The notes beneath the pieces are model-generated. The model made no database searches and was not told the origin of the DNA. It saw only the letters and a list, made by a program, of their open reading frames with translations. From NCBI GenBank assembly GCA_964563755.1, contig CAZLYC010000001.1:11548-75547 (forward strand): a stretch of DNA of 64,000 bases, read 5' to 3'. Positions 1-8,998 of this stretch are shown here, one piece after another. Each line of letters starts with the position of its first letter. Position 1 is the stretch's first letter. The translations under genes were made by a program, and so were the position numbers. Source of the DNA: an uncultured Methanosarcinales archaeon. GTDB taxonomy: Archaea > Nanobdellota > Nanobdellia > Woesearchaeales > UBA11576.

Positions 1-456
1 TGACGTGTCCTTGAGCTTAAGGCCCAAGTCATGCATCTTCAAGAGGAAATCGTTGAAGAACCCATTCATGAAATTCGCTTTGAGTGATAATACTGAAGGC
101 TGAAGTATCTCAACAGATGAAGGCGTGAAATCAAAAAGGAAACCTGAAAGAGTATCAACATCATGGAACCATATCTCAAGCTCTGAGAATGTTATGAAAA
201 GCTTGCCTTTCTCCTCTGCCTCAAAGGTCTGCTCTGAAACAAGCTCAGCCTTCTCCATGTTCCTTACCTTATCCACAACAAGCTGTATGGCCTCCTCAAC
301 ATAATCCTTTGGAGCGCCCAATACCTCTATCACTGTACGAACAAGGACCTGTCCAGCATCAATACGCTGCTTGTCAGTAAGGACTTTCTTCGCTTCTTTT
401 GGCACTTCTTTTGCTGCATCTTTTACTTCCTTTTTCTGCTTGCTTTTAGCGGCCAT
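1..456 (-). CDS. Hypothetical protein, partial (N-terminal 152 aa; C-terminus lies beyond the window start)
   Basis: ATG at 454-456 on the minus strand (MAAKSKQKKEVKDAAKEV...). The frame stays open to position 1. The N-terminus is Lys-rich, followed by a globular region. I did not recognise a family. Confidence 0.4.
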   Translation of the reverse strand, partial: MAAKSKQKKEVKDAAKEVPKEAKKVLTDKQRIDAGQVLVRTVIEVLGAPKDYVEEAIQLVVDKVRNMEKAELVSEQTFEAEEKGKLFITFSELEIWFHDVDTLSGFLFDFTPSSVEILQPSVLSLKANFMNGFFNDFLLKMHDLGLKLKDTS

Positions 457-513
457 AAGCACTTAAAAAATCAGGTCGGTTTATATATCTTATGGAAAAT
501 AAAAAACAAAGCT

Positions 514-1563
514 TCAGAGCCTTTTAAAGAGCAATATCACGAGGATAAGAGCCAGCAATATAATCAGGAAATATATCGTCATGTCCCTTGCCTTTGCACT
601 GCTTGACCTGAACACCACACCCTGATTTGATGATGAAACATTCGACGTGTTTATCTTTCTCTTTGAAGCATTTGAAACAGAGCTATCTGTAACTGCCGCA
701 GAAGTGATCTTGTTTGCAGACCTTATACTGCCTGATGAATCTGAAATGACTTTTAGAGGGATACTGAATTCTTTAGGGGTTGAACGGCCTGAAAGCAGCA
801 GCTTCACTTTCAATGTGTAATTTCCTGCTGATGCATTGACAACATTATCAAGGTCGAATGTCACATTCGAGAAAGCCGGCAGATTTATCGTCAGCCTGTT
901 CTCCTCACGCTCACCCGAATAGCATTTCGATGAACGAAACACATAGCTCCACGCATCAAATTCCAAATCCTCTTCGGTTGGATTGAGTGCCAGGACTCTT
1001 GTCCTGAAATTCTCTCCTGAACGGATAGTTGAAACGCTATCTGATATTGAGAAAGACACTTCTTTGTCCATGACTGCCGGAATCTGCTCGTCCCAATCAT
1101 CTGCGCATCCTAAAACAGATAAGTCGACCGGCTTTGTTGCATTGACGTCGAGACCCTCCGCAACTATCCTGAAATCACCGTTAGAGAAACACCTTAGGAA
1201 AGAGATGTTCGCAGAAAGATTGTAAGATATGAACCTTGTTGGAATGGAGAGCTTTGATTTTGTAGAGACCGCAGCTCCTGAACTGTTCACTATCCAGACA
1301 TATACAGTGAGCTTTAGGGTTGAACCGCGATAGATTAACAACGGTATGCTGATGTTTGAGCCAAGAGTTATTTCATCTGCAGATGCAGTAGCCACATCTT
1401 CTATAACAATCACATCTCCTATAATAATATAGGAAGAGTTCCTGTCACCAACATTCACTTTCACAGCTATATCTCTCTTGAAAATATCTGTTTTAGAAAG
1501 GTCTGCTTTCACCAGCGCTGCGCAAAGCAGCAGAGGTATTGCAACATAAAAAAGTAATCTCAT
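514..1563 (-). CDS. Secreted, membrane-anchored surface (glyco)protein
   Basis: N-terminal signal/TM segment MRLLFYVAIPLLLCAALVKA and a C-terminal TM helix (IYFLIILLALILVILLF). The beta-rich middle carries many N-x-S/T sequons. Start chosen at the internal ATG at 1563. Confidence 0.55.
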   Translation of the reverse strand: MRLLFYVAIPLLLCAALVKADLSKTDIFKRDIAVKVNVGDRNSSYIIIGDVIVIEDVATASADEITLGSNISIPLLIYRGSTLKLTVYVWIVNSSGAAVSTKSKLSIPTRFISYNLSANISFLRCFSNGDFRIVAEGLDVNATKPVDLSVLGCADDWDEQIPAVMDKEVSFSISDSVSTIRSGENFRTRVLALNPTEEDLEFDAWSYVFRSSKCYSGEREENRLTINLPAFSNVTFDLDNVVNASAGNYTLKVKLLLSGRSTPKEFSIPLKVISDSSGSIRSANKITSAAVTDSSVSNASKRKINTSNVSSSNQGVVFRSSSAKARDMTIYFLIILLALILVILLFKRL

Positions 1564-1735
1564 ACATAACAATATGCTTCCTTGCTTTATGTTCTCTACC
1601 CTAAAACACACAGAAGATATTCAGCAGAAAAGACAGCCATACGGAGGGTCTGAAAATGCTCCGCAGAATGCTAAATCAACCGAAAAATAATATATCAAAT
1701 ATGCTGTGTATCCGTCGAAATAATCACATCAGTGT

Positions 1736-2578
1736 TTGTTGTCACTATTTTGGAATACTAATATAAGTTTAAATAGATATTTGGTTAGCTATCCGCCAGT
1801 AGGTTTTATTTGGGGGGTAATAATGGGAATATTTGGGTTTTTAAAAAAAGGTAAAGCAGACACTGCTACGGCAGAGATGGAACTGCCTCCGCTTCCAAGC
1901 ATGGACGACCTCGGGGGATTTCCACAGGCGCACAAAGAAGAGCTGCCTCCGCTGCCAGATTCATTCTTGCCTCCATTGCCAACAGAATTCCCTTCATCAG
2001 TACCTCCTGCTCCACAAGAGACAACAATAAAGGCACCTAGATTTGAGATGTCAATGCCTGCGCCACAGGAAAAGCCAGAGCCGCAGAAGATAGAAGTGAC
2101 AAAGCCTGTTGAATCACATGAAGAAGATATGCATGAAACGTCTCCAACGATGGAATTCCCTGCAATGCCTGACATGCCTTCTGAAGAGGTCGTGCCTGAC
2201 ACAGTCCCTCCGCTAGAGGAATTGCCAGAGCCGCCTGAATACACTTATGTTCCAGAGAAACGAGAGATTCCAAAGATGGAAATGCAGCGTCCAGAGCCTG
2301 TTGAAGAGATAATACCAAGATACGCACCAGAAGAGATGGAACCGCAGAAGAGAAGACTGGTGCGCGGACCGACGTTCATGAAGACAGAGAGCGTAAGGAC
2401 AATGCTTGAGAACATAGAACTCATAAGGACTAAATTCAAGGATGAAGACGACGTATTCTTCAGGATAACTGAAATCAAGAATGTCCAGGACCAGAAATAT
2501 GAAGGGTTCAGGCAGACACTTGAAGACATGCAGAGGAAACTCCTCTTCATAGACAAGACATTATTCGAATCAAGATAG
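1736..2578 (+). CDS. Acidic Pro/Glu-rich protein with one N-terminal hydrophobic segment; repeated ELPPLP motifs
   Basis: ORF of 280 aa. The low-complexity PxxP/acidic middle contains ELPPLP twice. The C-terminal ~70 aa are predicted helical. An alternative start is the ATG at 1823, preceded by a G-rich stretch. First gene of a tight three-gene cluster. Confidence 0.45.
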   Translation: MLSLFWNTNISLNRYLVSYPPVGFIWGVIMGIFGFLKKGKADTATAEMELPPLPSMDDLGGFPQAHKEELPPLPDSFLPPLPTEFPSSVPPAPQETTIKAPRFEMSMPAPQEKPEPQKIEVTKPVESHEEDMHETSPTMEFPAMPDMPSEEVVPDTVPPLEELPEPPEYTYVPEKREIPKMEMQRPEPVEEIIPRYAPEEMEPQKRRLVRGPTFMKTESVRTMLENIELIRTKFKDEDDVFFRITEIKNVQDQKYEGFRQTLEDMQRKLLFIDKTLFESR

Positions 2579-2587
2579 GTGAAACAA

Positions 2588-2818
2588 ATGGAAAGACAAG
2601 CACCGGTATTCGTAAAAGTCGAGGAATACAAAGACGTACTCGACATACTCGACCTCGTCAAGAACAAGATAAAAGAGGCGAAAGCGACAATAAAAGAGAT
2701 CAACGACCTCAAGAACCAGGAAGATTCAGAGCTCGCCATATGGACAAACGAGATAGCTGATATCGAGAGAAAGATAGACTTCGTAGACCAGACACTACTC
2801 GAACCGGAGAACCTGTAA
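2588..2818 (+). CDS. Small coiled-coil protein
   Basis: ATG at 2588, 9 nt after the upstream stop. Heptad-like charged sequence (KDVLDILDLVKNKIKEAKATIKEINDLKNQ). Confidence 0.4.
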   Translation: MERQAPVFVKVEEYKDVLDILDLVKNKIKEAKATIKEINDLKNQEDSELAIWTNEIADIERKIDFVDQTLLEPENL

Positions 2819-2819
2819 G

Positions 2820-3167
2820 ATGGAAGATGGCCAATATTTCGTACAGATAAAAGATCCGCTTGAGATAAGAAGGACACTTCTAGGCAATTCCAGGCAGACA
2901 ATCCAGATACTGCAAAGATACGAAAGGATAAAAGACCTAAGGGTCAAGAAACTGGAGAAGATATCAAAATTAAGAGGGACTAACAGGGAAGTAAACCTGC
3001 TGGTCGCGAAAATGAAGAAGGCATTCCCTGCAGCAGACTTAAGAATCAGGCTCGACAAGGAGACAAAGCCTTCCAAGGAAAGGAAATCTGAAGTCAAAGG
3101 CGACGAACTCGCAAAGCTTGAACATGAGCTTAGACGAATAGAAGAGAAGATAGGGAAGATACGTTAG
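2820..3167 (+). CDS. Small basic coiled-coil protein
   Basis: Starts 1 nt after the upstream stop. Lys/Arg/Glu-rich helical sequence (ELAKLEHELRRIEEKIGKIR). Confidence 0.4.
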   Translation: MEDGQYFVQIKDPLEIRRTLLGNSRQTIQILQRYERIKDLRVKKLEKISKLRGTNREVNLLVAKMKKAFPAADLRIRLDKETKPSKERKSEVKGDELAKLEHELRRIEEKIGKIR

Positions 3168-3198
3168 TTTTAAATAAACAAATTCTATATCTTACAAT

Positions 3199-3459
3199 AT
3201 GGGCGTGTTCATAAGAACTATAATGATAATAACAATAGTCGGACTATTACTTCTTGATTTAAGCGTAGTCTTGCTCGCAAAAGGACACGATATGGAACAC
3301 TGCAAAACTTCGCTAATGCAGAAAGGATACAGTCCTGAAAAAGTTCAGGAAGGATGCCAATTCCCTCAAGACCTAGTCGATAATAGATATATAATATACG
3401 GAATTTCAGCCACCCTTATATTGGCAGCAGCAATAACATTTATAGCTAAAGGAGATTAG
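3199..3459 (+). CDS. Small membrane protein with two TM helices
   Basis: 86 aa. Hydrophobic segments IMIITIVGLLLLDLSVVLLA and ISATLILAAAITFIA. Confidence 0.35.
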   Translation: MGVFIRTIMIITIVGLLLLDLSVVLLAKGHDMEHCKTSLMQKGYSPEKVQEGCQFPQDLVDNRYIIYGISATLILAAAITFIAKGD

Positions 3460-3470
3460 TTTTATATACC
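3460..3470 (+). promoter_or_regulatory. Archaeal TATA-box-like element upstream of the tRNA gene
   Basis: tttatata lies about 25 nt upstream of the tRNA 5' end at 3494. Confidence 0.4.
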
Positions 3471-3493
3471 AGTCAAATTTTACAAAACTATAC

Positions 3494-3656
3494 GAGGGGG
3501 TGCCGGAGTGGCCAAACGGGACAGTTTTTAGTGTCTCTCAGGCACTGAAAGTTCAAACTCAAGTTAGTTGAGTGCTGAGGCTTATCGCCAGTGAAGAACT
3601 CCTATGGGCCATCTGTTGGCTTAGTGCCTACTAGGGTTCAAATCCCTACCCCCTCA
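3494..3656 (+). tRNA. Intron-containing tRNA gene; long variable arm suggests a class II tRNA (Leu or Ser); isotype unresolved
   Basis: - 5' acceptor strand GAGGGGG (3494-3500) pairs with CCCCCTC (3649-3655); discriminator A at 3656.
- Canonical T-arm TAGGG-TTCAAAT-CCCTA; D-arm CCGG..GGCCAAA.
- Anticodon-stem candidates GACAG/CTGTT, followed by a 14-nt variable region.
- The precursor is 163 nt, so about 75-80 nt must be intronic.
- Poly-T follows and no CCA is encoded.
- No single-intron splice I tried gives a loop consistent with a class II tRNA. Confidence 0.6.
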
Positions 3657-3697
3657 TTTTTTAGAAAAAAAAATGAAGTAAAACATGGGCGGCGTTC

Positions 3698-3710
3698 GCA
3701 CCTTCGGTGC
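3698..3710 (+). other. Stable GC hairpin (GCACC-UUC-GGUGC) about 30 nt upstream of the PHP gene
   Basis: Perfect 5-bp stem with a UUCG-like loop, embedded in GGGCGGCG...CCACCC, which could extend the helix. Confidence 0.3.
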
Positions 3711-3739
3711 TCAGCCACCCGATTTGAGGAAGAAAATAT

Positions 3740-4537
3740 ATGAAAATTGATTATCACATTCATTCTGATACATCATCAGACAATAAAATAAAACCAAAAG
3801 AGATATACGAAGAAGCAGAGAAGAAAGGCATAAAAGACGTCTGCGTCACATGCCACCACGAGCCTTCTGAAGTCATGAAAAACGAGTTCAAGCAGTCTCT
3901 GACAAAAGAGAAGCTTGATGCTATAAGAAAAGATGTTTCTGAACTCAACAAGAAAGGCACAGTGAAGATGCATCTCGGGGTAGAGATGTCATACACGGAA
4001 GCAGAAGAAGAATACATAAGACAATACCTGAAGGAAAACAAGTTTGATTTCGTACTTGGTTCCATACATTATGTTCTCGGAATAAAGATAGCAGAAGTGA
4101 AGAACAGGGATAAAGTGAAAGACCCTGATGCACTCATGAAAGAATATTTCAGGCTCTTGAAAAAAGCCATAAGCTCAAGACTATTCGATGTAATAGCACA
4201 TATAGACATATGCAAGCTCATGGTACCTGAGCCGAACCATGCGGTCTGGACAGCAGAGTGGAAAGATGTCGCAAGACTGCTTCATGACAACCATGTCGGA
4301 TTCGAACTCAACACAAGCCACGTCAAGTACAAGCCAGGAGACATATACCCTTCCCAGAATATACTGAATATCCTTACCGGAGAAAAAGAGCAAGTAATAA
4401 CACTTGGCAGCGACGCACACAAGCCAGAAGACATCGGAAGGATGCTAAACGAAGCAGAAATCATGCTTAAACAGCTCGGAGTGAAAAATATATATAAGTT
4501 CGAGCATAGAACACCTATAAAGGTAACAATCAACTAA
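3740..4537 (+). CDS. PHP-domain (histidinol-phosphatase-like) metal-dependent phosphoesterase
   Basis: N-terminal MKIDYHIHSDTS matches the PHP motif, and further His/Asp/Glu metal ligands are spaced through the 265 aa. Confidence 0.65.
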   Translation: MKIDYHIHSDTSSDNKIKPKEIYEEAEKKGIKDVCVTCHHEPSEVMKNEFKQSLTKEKLDAIRKDVSELNKKGTVKMHLGVEMSYTEAEEEYIRQYLKENKFDFVLGSIHYVLGIKIAEVKNRDKVKDPDALMKEYFRLLKKAISSRLFDVIAHIDICKLMVPEPNHAVWTAEWKDVARLLHDNHVGFELNTSHVKYKPGDIYPSQNILNILTGEKEQVITLGSDAHKPEDIGRMLNEAEIMLKQLGVKNIYKFEHRTPIKVTIN

Positions 4538-4553
4538 AAAAGGAGATGAAAAA

Positions 4554-5888
4554 ATGACATTAGAGATATGCGCGGTCGGCGGATACAACGAAGTAGGAAA
4601 GAACATGACCGCAATAAGAGTAGATGATGAAGTCGTACTCATAGACATGGGACTGCATCTTGACCCATACATAAAATACACAGAAGATGACGAACAGCAC
4701 GTTCTCAGCACAGCAGTGCTAACTAACATAGGAGCAATACCCGACATAAAGCCGATAGCTGAATGGAAAAAGATGGTAAAAGTGATAATACCGACTCACG
4801 CACACCTGGATCACGTGGGCGCCGTGCCATACTTATCAAACGAGTTCAAAGCACCGATAATCTGCACGCCGTTCACGGCAGCAGTCCTCGAGGCGATATG
4901 CAGGGATGATAAGATAAAGCTCAACAACAAGATAAAGATACTCAACATGAACTCTATCTACAAGGTATCCAACAAGATAACGATAGAATTCATCAATGCG
5001 ACGCACTCGACACCCCAGACAGTCATGGTAGCAGTGCACACTCCATATGGAGTGGTGCTTTACGCATCTGACTTCAAGTTCGACAACCACCCTGTCCTCG
5101 GAAAGAAGACAGACTTCACCAAGCTTAAACAGCTCGGCAAAAAGAAAGTCATATGCCTGATATGCGACAGCACAAAGGCAGCGCAGGCGATGAAGACACC
5201 TTCAGAACAGGTCGCAAGAGAGATGCTTAAAGACGTAATGCTCGCGACAGACTCAGAAGGTAGAGCAGTCATAGTAACGACATTCAGCTCGCACCTCGCG
5301 AGGCTCACATCCATAGTTGAATTCGGACAGAAACTAAACAGGAAGATAGTATTCCTTGGCAGGAGCCTGGCAAAATATGTAGAGGCCGGCGAGAAGATAA
5401 AGCTCGTGAACTTCTCAAAGAAAGTCATGATAGTGAAATACGGAAAAGACATAGGCAGAAAACTAAAGATGATACAAAGAGAGCCTCACAAATACCTCAT
5501 CGTCTGCACAGGACATCAGGGAGAGCCGAAATCCGTGCTTGGAAAGATATCACGTGGAGTGTTCGACTTCAAGTTCAATAAAGAGGACCATATAATATTC
5601 TCTTGCACTGTAATCCCCACTCCTCTTAATCAGGCGAACAGGGACGCTCTTGAGAAGAGCCTAAAATCACATGGAGTCAGGATATTCAAGGACATACACG
5701 CATCCGGGCATCCGTCAAGGGAAGACTGCCGAGAACTCATAAATATGGTCAAGCCACAGCACATAATACCATGTCACGTCGACATGACTATGGCTTCTGG
5801 CCTGTCGGATTTGGCAGTAGAACTTGGTTATAGCACGGGAGAACAAGTGCATCTGATGCAGAACGGGAAGATGCTACGGCTTCTTTAG
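4554..5888 (+). CDS. rnj: Archaeal RNase J-like ribonuclease (metallo-beta-lactamase plus beta-CASP)
   Basis: HxHxDH motif IPTHAHLDHVGAVPYL. Later Asp/His motifs of the beta-CASP fold are present. The length (444 aa) is typical of archaeal RNase J. Confidence 0.75.
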   Translation: MTLEICAVGGYNEVGKNMTAIRVDDEVVLIDMGLHLDPYIKYTEDDEQHVLSTAVLTNIGAIPDIKPIAEWKKMVKVIIPTHAHLDHVGAVPYLSNEFKAPIICTPFTAAVLEAICRDDKIKLNNKIKILNMNSIYKVSNKITIEFINATHSTPQTVMVAVHTPYGVVLYASDFKFDNHPVLGKKTDFTKLKQLGKKKVICLICDSTKAAQAMKTPSEQVAREMLKDVMLATDSEGRAVIVTTFSSHLARLTSIVEFGQKLNRKIVFLGRSLAKYVEAGEKIKLVNFSKKVMIVKYGKDIGRKLKMIQREPHKYLIVCTGHQGEPKSVLGKISRGVFDFKFNKEDHIIFSCTVIPTPLNQANRDALEKSLKSHGVRIFKDIHASGHPSREDCRELINMVKPQHIIPCHVDMTMASGLSDLAVELGYSTGEQVHLMQNGKMLRLL

Positions 5889-8007
5889 GGCTGCTCTTAA
5901 AGAAAGAGGAAAGGCCACCGACAAACTTCTTGATAGGGCTTGCTCTATCCTGCGCTTCAGAATACAAATTCTGGATGTCAGCATTGGAAAGCTCACCCGC
6001 AATATAGCGCACCCTGAACTTCTTATCAGGATTCTTATTTTCGATGTATTTTATTTTATTATTCAGCTCTTCATCCTTGAATGATACCTTGAGATTCTTC
6101 AATGCATTAACTCTTTGGTCATACCTTAAATCTTTGACCAAGGAAAGTATACTATCGAGATTATCAGGAGGGAATTCCTCTAAAGCCGCCCTGAAATTCA
6201 TCATTATCCTGCTGAACCCATCTTCCATAAGCGAATAAAATTTCGGCTCTTTTAACAGATAGCAGAGCTTCTCCTTGATCTTCTTCTCAACCACGACCAT
6301 CTTCTCAAGGTTATCAAAAGAATTGCGCGCATCATTGAAATCCTTCCCATATCTGCCCATTATGTAGCCTGCACGGGCTTTTGCGAGAAGCGCTTTTGGC
6401 GCGGCGAGCGAAACTGCATGAAGCGCAATCTCTATATCAGACTCAGCCTCAAGATAAAGAAGATTCTGCTCGAGCGAGGGGTCTGTATGTATCTCCGCGG
6501 CACGCCTTATCTGGTCAGCGACCCTAGAATCCAGCATGATATCATAAATCGCAGTGTCTGGGCTTGCATCCCCTCTTTGCTTCCTCCTGTACTTGTCTAT
6601 ATCAGGCAGGCAGATGAGAACACGATAAGTCTCATTATGCTCTTTCTCAAGCCAAGCCTCGAGGTCCTTGCAGTCTTCATCATATATGTCAAGACCGATT
6701 TCTGAAGCTGCTGCTACAGGCGCCTTATCGAAAAACTCCTCATATGAAGATACGGGCTTAGGCTCAACTTTCTTTTCTTTTGCAGCAAGACGCTCCCTCA
6801 TCATATTATCGTCTGCAGCCTTGCCGTTCAAAGAATCAAGAGCGACCTCGACATCATTATCGACAAGGAATCCTTTCAGATCAATCTTTTTGGCATCCTC
6901 TTCAGCTTTCTTTCTTGCAAGCTCACGCTCTGCAGCATATCTTGCCCTGACTTCAGGAGATATTTGAGACGGAATAATGTTGCCCTGGCTGGAAACAGGT
7001 TTTAGAACAGAGTTTTCTGCAACTTTCTTATCTATTAGCTCTATATCTTCCATATTCACATAAGGAGTAGTATCTGTTGATGTCTCTACAAAATCATTCC
7101 ATGTCTCTGCCTCGACATCCGCAAAAGAAAGTTCTGATGCGGGAGTAGAGTAGAAACCCAATACACTATCAATCTTTGATTTTATCGAATTCAGGATATT
7201 CTCTTTTGATTCATTGTCGTAAAGCTTGTTATTTGATATGAATTGTGATGCCAGAGAAAGATATTCCTGTTCCTCGAAATTAAGGCTTGCTTTCCTCTCC
7301 TCTGTCAATGCCGAGAATGCATCATCGAAATCCTTGCTCCTGTTCTTCCAGAGCCTCCTTGATGCAATGGACTTTCCTATAGCAAGGACATCATCTCCTA
7401 CTGAACCTATCGCAGCAGATATCTCGCTGCCATTCTTTGTTGATTCACGGTACTGCCTTATCGAATCATAGAAAACCGTCTTTGCCTTGAAAGGATTGCT
7501 AAGGAAACGATTCTCTTCCCAGGGCTTGCCCAGACATTCCGCATAAGCATCATTATCTCCCTTGAGCTTGTTGAGCTCAGGAAATTCTTTCGCTCTTATC
7601 GCGTTCTCTATGCCATATTCCAGGTCATGGCTCTGCGCAGAACGCATGTTCTCGAAAAACAGGACAGTCAGGTCATTAAGCGAATAATCCTTCAAAAGCT
7701 CAGGAACAAAACCCGTAGGCTCAAGAGAACTCTTGCGGCCTTTCTTGACATAATCGAAATACTCAGGGAAACCAAGCTCCTGGTAGATACGCATCTTCCT
7801 CGCGAGCCTGTTCTTTGTGCCCTTCTCTTTGCCATGCAGGATGCCAAGAAGCTTTTCAAAATCAATCTTTTTTATTTGCTGCTCTGAAGGTTCTGCTACA
7901 ACTTCTAATTCTGGACTGTTCAAGCTAGAACCATCTTCAACTGATTCTTCCACAAACTGGACTAAGGATTCTATAGAATCGTCCAACATCTCGCCCTCCT
8001 GCCTCAA
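5788..8007 (-). CDS. Large hypothetical protein (739 aa), acidic and helical, no recognised domain
   Basis: Long ORF. Its 3' end overlaps the rnj 3' end convergently by about 100 nt. Confidence 0.45.
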   Translation of the reverse strand: MRQEGEMLDDSIESLVQFVEESVEDGSSLNSPELEVVAEPSEQQIKKIDFEKLLGILHGKEKGTKNRLARKMRIYQELGFPEYFDYVKKGRKSSLEPTGFVPELLKDYSLNDLTVLFFENMRSAQSHDLEYGIENAIRAKEFPELNKLKGDNDAYAECLGKPWEENRFLSNPFKAKTVFYDSIRQYRESTKNGSEISAAIGSVGDDVLAIGKSIASRRLWKNRSKDFDDAFSALTEERKASLNFEEQEYLSLASQFISNNKLYDNESKENILNSIKSKIDSVLGFYSTPASELSFADVEAETWNDFVETSTDTTPYVNMEDIELIDKKVAENSVLKPVSSQGNIIPSQISPEVRARYAAERELARKKAEEDAKKIDLKGFLVDNDVEVALDSLNGKAADDNMMRERLAAKEKKVEPKPVSSYEEFFDKAPVAAASEIGLDIYDEDCKDLEAWLEKEHNETYRVLICLPDIDKYRRKQRGDASPDTAIYDIMLDSRVADQIRRAAEIHTDPSLEQNLLYLEAESDIEIALHAVSLAAPKALLAKARAGYIMGRYGKDFNDARNSFDNLEKMVVVEKKIKEKLCYLLKEPKFYSLMEDGFSRIMMNFRAALEEFPPDNLDSILSLVKDLRYDQRVNALKNLKVSFKDEELNNKIKYIENKNPDKKFRVRYIAGELSNADIQNLYSEAQDRASPIKKFVGGLSSFFKSSPKEAVASSRSASDALVLPCYNQVLLPNPTGQKP

Positions 8008-8284
8008 AAGAATTATGTTTTGCGTATTTATAAAGGTTATTACGTTAGAATTTGCCGTTTAAAGCCCTTAAAGAGGGATTTGTGCATGCGCTCATCAGTT
8101 ACTTCCTTTCGTCATCTCCTTTTGGGATCGGCCGGTGTTCACTAAATCAATGCGCATTATGCAATCCTATGCCTGTTTTAGGCTTTCCTTGCAGTTTTAT
8201 TGAAGTATATAAAAGTATGTTTTCGTAACTTGACAGTAGTTAAAAAACGAAAAGTTTAAATATTGCCTCTTTTTAATACAGGAT

Positions 8285-8998
8285 ATGGACAAAGAACAGT
8301 TCCAGTTCAGGAAGCTGAATGATATTCTATGCACATCCTTCAATAATGTGAAGTATGACGTACGAGACATAAACACAAAGATAGAGAACCTAAAGACAAA
8401 CTTCGCCAACTTCTCAACAGACAGCGTAAGAACTGCTTTTGAGAAGCAGACACAACTGATAATCGCACAGCAGGAATCAATAAACCAGCTTAACGAAAGG
8501 ATTGCAGAGCTTGAGAGAAAACCCGCTGTAAGAACAGAGAGAATAATCGAGAGGCCTCATTCAACAGTTTTCGGGACAAAAGAATCAGCTCTTGCAGAAG
8601 TCAAGAAGTTCATAAAAGAAACAAGGCCTGAAAAAGCATCTTCTGTATATGATGTCGCTGAAGGCGAAGTCAAGATAACAAAGACCAACTTCAAATCTGA
8701 AGGCAAAGACCTCAACGGAGAATGGGTTGAATTGACAGGATACGGCCTCGACCTGACAGGATTCAAGCTAAGAGACAAGAAGAAACACGAATTCAAGTTC
8801 CCAGACGGATTTACAATCTACGGACCTGTAAAGATATTTACAGGCAAAGGAAAAAACACCAATACAAAACTATACTGGAACAGCAAAAAGCACATCTGGA
8901 ACGACAAAGGAGATGTCGTGACTCTTGTCGACAAGAAAAACAGGATAGTGAGCCAGATTTTGTCAGAGCCGACTTATTCTTTCAAGAAGTTGAAATAA
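8285..8998 (+). CDS. Coiled-coil protein with a C-terminal lamin-tail-domain (LTD)-like beta domain
   Basis: The C-terminal half reads GEWVELTGYGLDLTGFKLRDKKKHEFKFPDGFTIYGPVKIFTGKG, matching the LTD pattern (EWVEL...DLSG..L.D......FP.G..L.PG..V.V.TG.G). The N-terminal half is coiled coil. Confidence 0.55.
   Translation: MDKEQFQFRKLNDILCTSFNNVKYDVRDINTKIENLKTNFANFSTDSVRTAFEKQTQLIIAQQESINQLNERIAELERKPAVRTERIIERPHSTVFGTKESALAEVKKFIKETRPEKASSVYDVAEGEVKITKTNFKSEGKDLNGEWVELTGYGLDLTGFKLRDKKKHEFKFPDGFTIYGPVKIFTGKGKNTNTKLYWNSKKHIWNDKGDVVTLVDKKNRIVSQILSEPTYSFKKLK

Noticed and set aside
2576-2590. In-frame TAG between the 280-aa and 79-aa ORFs, which could indicate stop-codon read-through or recoding
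   Set aside because: A canonical ATG follows 9 nt later. A one-in-three chance of frame identity is unremarkable. Other genes in the window terminate with TAG normally.
1789-3097. Minus-strand ORFs (1789-2244, 2037-2327, 2245-2901, 2795-3097) antisense to the acidic/coiled-coil gene cluster
   Set aside because: They are Ser/Gly-rich low-complexity translations of the complement of GAA/GAG-rich coding sequence. The sense-strand genes have better start context and tight operon spacing.
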